From: Octopus bimaculoides
Lineage: Eukaryota
Reading direction: 5' to 3'
Assembly: GCF_001194135.2 (NCBI RefSeq)
Contig: NC_068988.1
Location: 13,312,650-13,376,649, forward strand
DNA: 64,000 nucleotides
Position numbers and translations under genes: made by a program. Every line of letters begins with the position of its first letter. Positions within the stretch are counted from its first letter, which is position 1. Of this stretch, positions 54,901 to 64,000 are shown in pieces. The notes under the pieces are model-generated. The model worked only from the letters and a program-made list of their open reading frames with translations. It was not told where the DNA came from and ran no database searches.

Positions 54901-57621
54901 TGCTCGCGAGTGCACGATGGAAAATGAAAATGAAATGTTATGACAAGCAGTTTTATTTATTGATAAGTAAATTATGTATTTAATCAAGATAGTTTGTAAC
55001 ACGTTAAAAGTTAATCAATTTCATGTTCATTGAAATTCAAATTTCATAGCAACAGACAATAATGCAATTTATTTTGTTTTTTCTTTACAAACACCAAAAC
55101 TGAATTAAAATACAAAATATCAACAAAAAAAAAAAAATCAACTCACTTGATAGGTCGCCCCCCTAACATGGTGTTGTTATAGGTGAGAACGGTAGCAACC
55201 GCTCGCTGGTCAGTGAACTCTACAAAGGCACAACGGGTTGGCATGTTCTCCTCGCCAGCCATACGGACATACTTCACTTCACCCACTTGACTGAAGAAAG
55301 CTAAAAGTTGTTCAGCAGTTACCTGTAATAAGAGAAGAATAAAAAGCATGAACCAAAGATGTTTAATCCTTTCATGACTAACCCAGCCACAGCTGGTTAA
55401 TATTACCAAATCACCCAAAACGACCTATTAATATTTTAATGAGAATTTCACCACAAATCTCATTAGTACATTTGTGAAAACACATGGTTTCACTATGTAA
55501 ACAATTAAGTTACACTGTCCACCAATATTGTACATGGTGTTTGAGTGCTACAAATTTTTAGAGACTTTTTCATTTTTTCCATTTGATTTTCTGGAATGCT
55601 TCACTCTCGACAAAAAATAGATACCAGTTTCATGTTGTTGAGCAAACTTGTTGATAAATAAAAAAAAGTTAGAGCTGTTTCATTAAACCAGTCTAAATTC
55701 ATGATTATTTTAGAATTTAAGTGAAACACATAATGGGTGTATTTTGGTTAGAAATATAGTAACAAAAGGGTTAAGCAAGATTTATATTCACAAAGTATTT
55801 TACAGGTGAAATAAATATGTAAAACAATCTTGCATTGATTTTGATGACAGAACATTGTAATTTCAAAGATCATTCAATATATTCACAGATTGAATTTCCT
55901 GGGCAAGTGTTTTCTACTATAGATCTGGGCCAACCAAAACTTGTTGAGTGGATTTGGCAGAAGCAAACTGAAAGAAGCTCATCATATATAAGAACTACAC
56001 AAATCATACTAATACAACACTACCAGTCACTACCCTCTCCTACATATCTGAGCAACAATAACATCTTTGTTCCATCTCCCATTTCTCTATGGTATTTTGG
56101 AGGTCCTAACTCCAAAACACCAAAGAAATACGAAGTAAAACTTCAACTGTTCTTCTGTTTTCACTTTTGTATTTCATTTTACATTGTTTTACCTTTGACA
56201 AATCTTAAACACACACATAGAGGCATGTGACTTAGTGATTAAGGGGTAAGATTCGTGATCATAAGATTATGGTTTCAATTCTTGAACTGGGCGATGCGTT
56301 GAGCAAAACACTTCATTTCACATTGCTCCAGCTCACCCAGCTGGTAAAGGTGAGTATTCCTACAATGGGCTGGCATCCTGTCCAGGGGGAATATATACAC
56401 CACAGAAACCAGAAACCAACCTTATGAGTATGACTCAGAAAAGAGCTTTATCATTTTTATTTTATGTACATACACACACACACACTTATATATGTATGTA
56501 TGTATGTGTACCTGTGTGAGTGACCTCAAATTTCCCTCATCTTCACCTGCTTTTACTGGTTGTAAATAATGTCCTTGCTGTTCATGTGGTTGTGCCATTT
56601 GCTTACAGTGCACCATAAAAGTATGTCTGAGCTTCTCAACATGTTGCATGACCATTGTAAACAAAAGGCTCATTCATTCAGTGTTGTTTATTTCCAATTC
56701 TCCACATAACTGTGTGCAGGCTATTTGCTGTTTGACAGACACAGAGACTATTACTTCACTTAGAAACAAGTGAAGGTAAGCATCAGGAAGGGCATCCTGC
56801 CGTAGAAAACTTTGAACCAACATACCCTTGTCTGACCCATGCAAGCTGGAGAAGCAGATGTTAACACAAAATGGTCCATCGCCACTCTGATATAGATAAG
56901 GAAATATTCAAAATGAAAAATCATCACACAATAAAACAAATATATTTAAATAACATAACTTACAGAGCTATCTATATTAAACACATAGACAGTTCGTCTA
57001 ATTTCCTCTATTTTGCTGGGGTCTGTGGTTCCTGGAAGAGGTGGATACTGAGCTAAACCAAGAGCAGTCAAACGAGGATCATAAGTGGTAATAACTTGTC
57101 CATTTCCTTGACCAGTCATCTAAAAATTAAAAGGATAATATTAATCACAAAATTGTATTTGATAAAAGCAAGTGAGACAATGTAGATGTGAAAAGCCAAA
57201 ACTGTATAAGCAAAAATGTTCAGTGATGTTTTGGGTTACTTTATATAACACCTGATCATTCTATGCTATTGAGTGAGAGAGGAAACAGTGTCTTCTCTGA
57301 AAAGTAGTCAAACTATGAAACAGTCAGTTAGGATACTACCCTATTTCTTTCTGCTCATCAAAAGAATAGAAGTGTGCTTACATTCTTCTCAAAACCAGGC
57401 TTTCAACTTACATGTGTATATACATGCATATACACATTTACACACTCATACATGTATACACACTATCATCATTCAATCATTTACTGTCCGATTCCCATGC
57501 TAGCATGTGTTGGACATATGTATACATATAAATAGGTGATCTATCTTATTCTTTTTGCAAAGAAATAATTAGAAAACAGAAAAGCCAATTAACTACTACC
57601 AATTCCTGAGGTAATGTCCAT

Positions 57622-57657
<36 letters not shown>

Positions 57658-60600
57658 AACTTGTATTCCATACCTTATCCCTATTGCTATTATTACCAAC
57701 ATCAAATATTGCAATATACCATTGGATAAAAGCAATGTTTATCCTATATAAAGATCAACATATGATTATGTGGAAGGAAAGATTATATACTTCAACCAAC
57801 ACAACTAAAGAAAGAAGATCATCACATACCTGGCTGACAACATTACTAGGCCACGTTGGTTGGCCAGGAATCATTCCAGCTATAGCTGAAGGTGCAAGCT
57901 GCAGAGCGGTAGTTTCATCTGGAATTTTCCCTAGAGATGAAAGAAATGAATACAAGATGGGTAATTTTTTAAAAAATTAAGGTATTTTTGAAAATAACAT
58001 TTATGACATTGTTTTGATTACTTAAAATATTAATTTCATTTATTTATTAAAATATAACAGCTTTAATGAAATTTGATGATTTATTTGAGTAGGTGCAAGC
58101 ATAGGTGGGTGAGTAGGTGCCAGTGTGGTTGAGAAGCTTGCTTCCCAATGATGTGGTTTTGGGTTCAGTCCCAATGTATGAGACCATGGGCGAGTTTACC
58201 AAATCCTTGTGAATGGATTTGAGCGACAGAAACTGAAAGAAACCCACCATATGTATATGTGTGCATGTGTGTGTGTCTGTACCTTTGTATTGATATCATG
58301 TGATGGTCATGAATGAGCATCATACAAGTGGTGTTGTTCATGTAAAACATGGCCAGGAAAAATTAGCTTGCTTAGAAACAGGTGAGGGTTGGCAACAGGA
58401 AGGGCATTCGACCATAGAAAATCTGCCTCAACAAATTGTGTGACCCATACAAGCTTGGAAAAGTGGATGTTAATTGATAATGATGATGAATGTATTTACA
58501 ACACGAGAACCACCAGAAAGTTGCTTGACATGCTAGAAATAGAAACCAAACCTCCCTCAAGTCACACCTTGCTGTAGTAAAAAAGAAAAAAAATTCTCAT
58601 CTGATAATATAATCCTTAAATATACAAAAAACAGTCACAGGTAGAATGTCATTGATCATAGGTATATTCAGTCAGAGCTAACTTGGGGTTAAACAACAAC
58701 AAAGTGATTATATTTTCATGCAAATGAAAGTAGTTGCATATGATTTTCAAGCTATAGTTCTCAAGTTCAATGCTAACCTTAGCATCCCCTATGTTGGGAT
58801 TAATGCCTATTTTTTTGTTGTAAACAGATTGTGCCCCAAAACACTGGTGTCATAAAAGAGTATTATTAGTCTATAGGCTAATAATGCTCTTTTTGTTCAG
58901 ATAAGATTTTCTAATAATTTAATTCAAACTAATTCCAACATCATCATGTCCAGTTTCCATGCTGGAATGGGTTGGACGTTTTGACAGGATTTAATGCATT
59001 AGAAGAAATCTTACTCCAGTGTCTCAATTTTGGCATGATTTTCACAGCTGGATGCCCTTCCCAACACTAACAACAGTGTACTAGGTCATTTTGTAATTTG
59101 TAAGACTGTGGTGCAGCCTTCTGGCTTGCCAGTCCTCAGTCAAATCGTCCAACCCATGCTAGGATGGAAAGCGGACGTTAAATGATGATGATGAAGAGGT
59201 CACTTTGTAATTTGCAAGACTGAAGAGCACTCTACACCAAGAGGGGCAATAGGAGACAGGGTGTACACTTTAATCAAGTTAATGAGGTTAAAATATGATG
59301 GAGGAAGAGCAGGAACAGGTTTACTGCTTGTAGGTGAGATTCACGGCTTTGTATTTTATGTAAGTGGATGAGGGAGGATAATGATGAAATGCCAAAATGC
59401 GACCACATGGTAACATGTCCAAGTGATGTAGAGAGAGAGAGAGAGTGGATACTGAAGAATCAAGGAGTGTGGGGAGAAGGTTATGAATGTGTAGGAGGAG
59501 AGTGAAGTCAATATAAAGATTGGGGATTGGGATAGTCAATGTAGGCAGGATGGGGTGGTGGATAAGAATAAGGAATGGCTGCTGACTGGAAGTAGCACAA
59601 ACAAGCACCCTTGTTTCCCATTCATTACATTCATCACCATCTCCTTCATCTCATGTTTAAATCCACCTCACTCCTCAACAGAAGAATCAAAGCAGGTGAT
59701 GAGTAAGGTACAACCTTACCCTTCAGCCTCCTTTGATTCTTCTGTATTCATGCTGTCTTCTACATAATTACCATTTCTACCTGCTTTGGAGGGGTTAGTC
59801 AAACAAATCAAACCCAGTACTTATTCTTAAGTCTGGTACTTTTCCTATTGGACCCTTTTGCTGAACTGCTTCATTACAGGGACATAAACAAACAAATGGT
59901 GGTTGTCAAGTGGTGATGAGAGACAAACACATATACATATATAATGGGCTTTCAGAGTTTCTGCCTACCAAATTCATTCACAAGGCATTAACTGGGCTAA
60001 GCTATAGAAGGCGTCACTTGCCCAAGGTACAGCACAGTGGGGCTGAACCCAAAAACCATGTAGTTGCAAAGTAGGCTTCTTCACTAAACAGTCACGAGTG
60101 TTTAAATTTATTCTCAGATTTGTTCTTGTTTTATAACAGATAGTTGCTCTGTTCTGGTATTTATCTGCTTTGTAGAATCTTAATCTTTTCTGGCTTTTGT
60201 TTCATTTGTCTGCGAAAGACCTGTTGAGTCAAGTGAACTCATTGTTGTGGCTGATGCCAGTACCACTGACTGGCACCCATGCCGGTGGCACATAAAAAGC
60301 ACCATCCAAGCGTGGTTGATGCCAGTCCCACCAGACTGGCTCCTATGCTGGTGGTACATAAAATGCACCATACGAACGTGGTTGATGCTAGTGCCACCTG
60401 ACTGGTCCCATGCTGGTGGCACGTAAAAAGCACAATTCAAGCGTGGTTGTTGCCAGTGCTGTCAGCATGTAAAAAGCACCATTCAAGCATGGTTGTTGCC
60501 AGTACTGTGTGACTGGCCCTCGTGGCGGTGGCACATAAAAAGCACCCACTACACTCCCAGAGTAGTTGGCATTAGGAAGGGCATCCAGCTGTAGAAACCT

Positions 60601-61399
60601 TGCCAGATCAGATTAGAATCTGATGCAGCCTTCTGGCTTGCAAACCGTCCAACCCATGCCAGCATGGAAGGCAGACATCTGATGATGATGATGTCTGCCC
60701 AGAAATAAGATATATTCTTGTATTATAACAAGCATGCTTCAGAACACTGAACCACATGTCAAAATGAAGCTGTCATTTATCTCTCATCACGACTGCAGAT
60801 GTTGCTGGAAACAAAGAAAAGGCTCTTTTCCTGGTGAGCTTAATGCTCATCCCTCTATGCCATAGAGTCTATGGCATAGATAAAGATGTACCCCATAGAG
60901 TCTATGGGGTACATCTTTATCCATTAATAATCTTTCTAAGTACATTTATAGTAGACCCATTTGTCTCTTTCTCTATACACAAATAAACACTTTCTAACCA
61001 ATTAAAAAGAAAAGAAAAAAACAACAAAATGTTAAACAAAAAGTAAAAAAAATGTGTGAAATAAATAGAAGAGATAGAAGGGAAAGATAACAATAAAGAC
61101 AAGAAAACAACTGAAGTGTTAAGTGATAAGCAAGAAAGATATTGAAAAGAAAAGAAAAAAAGAGTAAAATTAAAACAGAAATTAAATATTTCAATTAAGT
61201 GCTAAAAATTAATTCTGTGAGCGTTGAATTGTGTGGAAATTAATGTGAATTATTTAGATATTTACCATCCATTACTGGCACAACTATCAATGCTCTGTCA
61301 ATGAATACTGTATTGGTTAAATGAAGGGCTACACCAACACTGCTTGGGTCTTCGAACTTCACGTAACATACTCGAGCTGATACTTGGGAGTCAGATTCA
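39659..61399 (-). CDS. SRSF11: Two-RRM SR splicing factor, SRSF11/SREK1 (SRp54) family; 12 coding exons in window, first coding exon outside
   Basis: Minus-strand exons 61266-61399, 57830-57930, 56964-57119, 55147-55322, 54211-54341, 52256-52523, 45326-45403, 44206-44256, 43428-43577, 42091-42150, 40923-41021, 39659-40007 (1753 nt, continuous frame). RRM1 tail VCYVKFEDPSSVGVALHLTNTVFIDRALIVVP; RRM2 DPSKIEEIRRTVYV...QVGEVKYVRMAG...AFVEF; RS domain; C-terminal VTRDYDEEEKGY and DMDMSD*. The symbol could equally be SREK1. Confidence 0.93.
40923..41021 (-). CDS. SRSF11: SR gene RS exon (RNRPNRNPRRRSTSPPRNRRSRSRSGSRHKSS)
   Basis: gcag acceptor, gtattt donor, 99 nt, phase 2-2. Confidence 0.9.
41211..41417. 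mobile_element. piggyBac-type MITE, second family
   Basis: TTTA-CCCTTTAGCATT ... AATGCTAATGAG-TTAA; internal GATCTGGCCAGTTTGAA segment also seen near 36100-36200. Confidence 0.5.
42091..42150 (-). CDS. SRSF11: SR gene RS exon (SHEKRSRSRTPSKKSRRSH)
   Basis: cag acceptor, gttagt donor, 60 nt, phase 2-2. Confidence 0.88.
42830..43320 (+). mobile_element. RTE-type LINE 3' relic, antisense in SR gene intron
   Basis: YGYECVVMMTKRVQSQIQEAKMGFLQRITELMLHDREHSSEIREDL resembles YGxExW...EMxFLRRIxG...DRxRSxxIRExL; GRRPRGRPR-like segment follows. Confidence 0.6.
43428..43577 (-). CDS. SRSF11: SR gene RS exon (PIKRRSRSRSRQKSP...SPERKS)
   Basis: tttcag acceptor, gtagat donor, 150 nt, phase 2-2. Confidence 0.88.
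44206..44256 (-). CDS. SRSF11: SR gene RS exon (RTPPKAYSARRSRTPP)
   Basis: cag acceptor, gtatgt donor, 51 nt, phase 2-2. Confidence 0.88.
44500..45037. mobile_element. Non-autonomous DNA transposon (MITE), 37-bp TIRs, 8-bp TSD, possibly Merlin/IS1016-like
   Basis: TIR GGATCT(T/A)TTTTAAAACGGGGGCCACATTTTTCATTAA with one mismatch; TSD GGATTTTC at 44492-44499 and 45038-45045. Confidence 0.85.
45326..45403 (-). CDS. SRSF11: SR gene RS exon (TRHPRSRSRGRKSRSPHRKRSRSRT)
   Basis: tag acceptor, gtatgt donor, 78 nt, phase 2-2. Confidence 0.9.
46740..47415 (+). mobile_element. Mariner transposase relic with right terminal repeat
   Basis: HARPH...WEMMPHPPYSLDIAPSDYHLFRS (ORF 47017..47202) fits the mariner YSPDLAPSDYHLF motif; ends ATGGGATGACTCAATA-TA; left TIR not found. 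Confidence 0.8.
51926..51957. repeat. (GA)n microsatellite
   Basis: Direct. Confidence 0.95.
52256..52523 (-). CDS. SRSF11: SR gene exon, main RS repeat
   Basis: tttcag acceptor, gtgaga donor, 268 nt. Confidence 0.94.
53188..53420. mobile_element. Mariner-type MITE nested in a retroposon
   Basis: About 31-bp imperfect TIRs (TATTTGAGTTGTCCAGGAAGTTCGTGCTGATT / AATCAGCACGAACTTTCCAGACAACCCAATA), TA ends, splits the host motif GGGTATCCA..TA|GAAACC. Confidence 0.75.
53780..53875 (-). mobile_element. piggyBac transposase C-terminal Cys-rich domain relic
   Basis: [26 protein letters not shown] fits the CxxCxVxLCxxPCFxxYH pattern. Confidence 0.5.
54211..54341 (-). CDS. SRSF11: SR gene exon (VSHANSSIVKP...ELEEAMKKVKEAQSLILAAVEP)
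   Basis: cag acceptor, gtaaat donor, 131 nt. Confidence 0.93.
55147..55322 (-). CDS. SRSF11: SR gene exon, RRM2 core
   Basis: cag acceptor, gtgagt donor, 176 nt. Confidence 0.95.
56964..57119 (-). CDS. SRSF11: SR gene exon (MTGQG...DPSKIEEIRRTVYVFNIDSS)
   Basis: tttag acceptor, gtaagt donor, 156 nt. Confidence 0.93.
57830..57930 (-). CDS. SRSF11: SR gene exon (GKIPDETTALQLAP...NVVSQ)
   Basis: ctag acceptor, gtatgt donor, 101 nt. Confidence 0.92.
60250..60695 (+). repeat. Retroposon-like repeat with about five degenerate ~65-bp tandem units plus the (GAT)n tail module
   Basis: Unit approximately GATGCCAGT..ACTGACTGG..CCATGCCGGTGGCACATAAAAAGCACCAT.CAAGCGTGGTT; related copies at about 40420-40740(-), 35300-35540(+), 51380-51690(-). 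Confidence 0.75.
61266..61399 (-). CDS. SRSF11: SR gene exon, RRM1 C-terminal half
   Basis: ttcag acceptor (phase 2), gtaaat donor, 134 nt. Confidence 0.94.
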
Positions 61400-62329
61400 C
61401 TGAAAGTACAAAACAGATACAAGTAAATATGCCAGTATCAAGACAAAGGACATAGAGCTAATAGAAAAATAGCCAATACATACACAAAGATAGAAAATAA
61501 AAAACAGTAATTGCATTTAGTTGAAATACTTAGATTATAAGAGCAGATTTCAGACATTCACTTTTAAAAGCAATTACTAAACTAAAATAGCATTAATTTG
61601 GAAGAAGATTAAATAATTAAGAGAAAATGTTTGTTACACAACAGATTGGTGACAAGTCATTACCAGCTTATTTTAGTAGTTAATTAGTCAAGCACCAATG
61701 CATGAAGCTCACAAAAACTCTTATTAGTGTAATATACTAATTGATATTGTATCAGTATCGAGCAGGAGCTGAACTGTATTATAAGCAGTATAGCACTGTT
61801 GAAAATTGGGTCTTTTGAATTACTTGTGTTAATAATGTTTTATTTACTCCTAAAGGACTTTCTTTAAATAGTTAGATCTTACAGAGAATGGTAGATTATA
61901 GTTAATGAATGTGATAGCAGTCAGTAAATAAAATATAATAATAGCTTCATGCCAGCTAATTAATTAGAAAGTTAATTAAAAATTTATTGAAGGTCTTAAA
62001 GATGAACTGATGTATTTTTCTCAAATCATAAGAGACTTGACAAATTCATTTTATGAACTTCACTCAGAGTTTGAGCAAATGCCATTTGCTGGCTCTAATA
62101 TCTAGGATATTGTTTGGAATTATGATTTGTGGCAGCAGAAATGAACTGGTGTAGATATTAGTCAACCACCACAAAGCTCTATCCTTGTTGCAGTATAGTG
62201 GCTTGTGTGTCTCAATAACCCTCACAGCTATGACAATGGACAGCAAGTTCTTGGTAGGGCCTCTCATACTGGATAGGTCAGGATAGAGGCCAAACTAATA
62301 TGGACTACCTCTTCTTAGAGGTAAAAATG

Positions 62330-62560
62330 GGTTTGCATAGGACCAACGTCCCTTGTAAGGGAAAAAATACAGAAGCATTGATTGAAAACCAACAAGACCT
62401 TGGAGAGGAAGGCCTTCCCTCAGGGAAACATATGAACCCACAAAGGAGGCAGAAGAGAGAATGCTCCAAAATACTGATGCAGAGCTGAAAAAGCAGAGAT
62501 CCAACTGGAGTGAAGCAGAATGGACAGCCAAGAGTCAAGAACAGTAGAGTAAAGTTGTCA
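62330..62560 (+). mobile_element. RTE-type LINE 3' relic
   Basis: Frameshifted NPQRRQKRE...DAELKKQRSNWSEAEWTAKSQEQ resembles the RTE C-terminus. Confidence 0.4.
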
Positions 62561-64000
62561 ATGAACTATGCTTCATAGAGAGTGAAGGTAACTAAGATAT
62601 TAATGAAACTTTTGAGAATGAAGTCAGAACTATAATTCCTTGTTCACTGCTTCAGTTTCCTTATTGTCCACTTTATTGTGAGAGAGAGAGAGAGAAATAA
62701 GGCAGCACCAAAATATTAGGGAATCACAAGCCGTTAGGACAAAGGACACATTAAAAGTATTCTAGAAAAGTGTTTCAGAATGATAGTTGACTTTCTTAGA
62801 TATAGGGAAATAATTAGGAAACAGAAAAGCTAGAACATCTTCAGTAGATTCATAACAAAATTAGCTGATTATTTTTACCCCATGGGTCTTTCACTTCAGT
62901 CATCCTAAGCTTTAATCCACACTTCAAATATCTGTGAATCATGCTGTCTCACAGTTAAGGCATATTGGATCTGTTTTGCTGTCTTTATATAATCAACAAT
63001 TCTGATAGTGAAGACACAGAGGAGAATTGATTAATAAATAGCAGTCCCAATTCTAAAGAGTTTATTAGAGGGGGGTTGGCAACTTAACAGTGTGAGCTTG
63101 TTGACATATTTAATGTTGCAGTCTTATGGCATGCAAGTAGTCAACCAAACAACAACGCACACCCCAGAGATCTATTTATCTTTTTCATGTATTATTTGAC
63201 CAGTATTCAAATTATGACCATCCTGTTATCTCTTCTGGTATATAATACTTAGGATTACTTGGTCAAGTACATTTAGGCAGTTTAAGAGGAGACACCTTCA
63301 TAGGCCAAGCTTTTGATGTGTATAGAGTCTGTCTTTGAGTGAACCAGATAGGCAAGACAATATTTAAGGAGTTCTGGACATGTAGTTTCAAGAGTAATAT
63401 GAACAAAGGAGATCTTCAGTTTTAGTAGTTTTATTTCCATGTAAGTAGTTTATGAGTGTTATGGCAGTCATGAAGCTGAGATTGTTGTGCAAGAGGGATT
63501 AGAAATTTCTTTGAGAAAATGCATGGCGTAGTGGTTAGGGTGTTACACCTATGATTGGAAGATCAAGGTTTCCACTCTCAAACTAGACGGTATATTGTGT
63601 TCTTGAGCAAAACATTTCATTCCATGTTGCTCCGGTCAACTCAGCTGCAAATGAGTTCTAGCAACAGCTAGAAAGTTAATCCTGTGATACTGCCGGTGTC
63701 CCATTCAATTACTTATACCTCCATGAAAACTGGGTTAAGCTCTGACTTTATGAATCCTTCATGACTGATAAATCCCTTCGGGGTTATTATAATATTGTTC
63801 TTGAGAAACCAGGGATTATCTTTTTTCTAGGGGTATCAGTCATGACCTTAGTGACCTTTTCAGATATATTGTACCTTGGATTACATAATCCAGTAGGTTG
63901 CTTCTTTTTTACTAGACAGTAAGATGTTGTATGAAGGAGATTTGACTACTATTTCTAGCAGGTCAAGGACCATTTAGAGCAGCATTTTCCAACCAAGATT

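Noticed and set aside
56422-56727. ORF 56422..56673 and splice-like sites as a possible extra SR gene exon
   Set aside because: The acceptor side lies in a degenerate copy of the common retroposon body, and there is no similarity to the protein family.
60250-60550. Tandem array as a possible CRISPR-like locus
   Set aside because: Units are degenerate along their whole length with no unique spacers, and the context is a eukaryotic intron.
627-61399. Possible U12-type introns
   Set aside because: None of the reconstructed introns starts with GTATCCT or ATATCCT.

Overview
AT-rich, repeat-dense eukaryotic DNA, most likely from an Octopus-type coleoid cephalopod (inferred from recognisable octopus-like SINE families; not database-confirmed). 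Four spliced genes were rebuilt by hand from GT-AG sites and frame continuity, arranged HYI(+) -> <- VPS28(-), then CIB1-like(+) -> <- SRSF11/SREK1-like(-). HYI is 5'-truncated (last 4 coding exons present). VPS28 is complete (9 coding exons, 223 aa). The CIB1-like gene is complete (7 coding exons, 193 aa). The two-RRM SR gene has 12 coding exons here and its first coding exon lies beyond the window. Introns and intergenic DNA hold many SINEs, RTE/CR1/RLE-type LINE relics, mariner/piggyBac/hAT relics and MITEs, microsatellites and three N gaps. I cannot support a wholly new biological system. The best leads are two candidate stop-containing (poison) cassette exons in the SR gene's first intron, five consecutive symmetric RS-domain exons, a 538-bp GG-ended MITE with an 8-bp TSD and a telomere-repeat palindrome at its centre, twin perfect palindromes, and two pre-miRNA-sized hairpins. 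All alignments and homology calls were made by eye or from recall.
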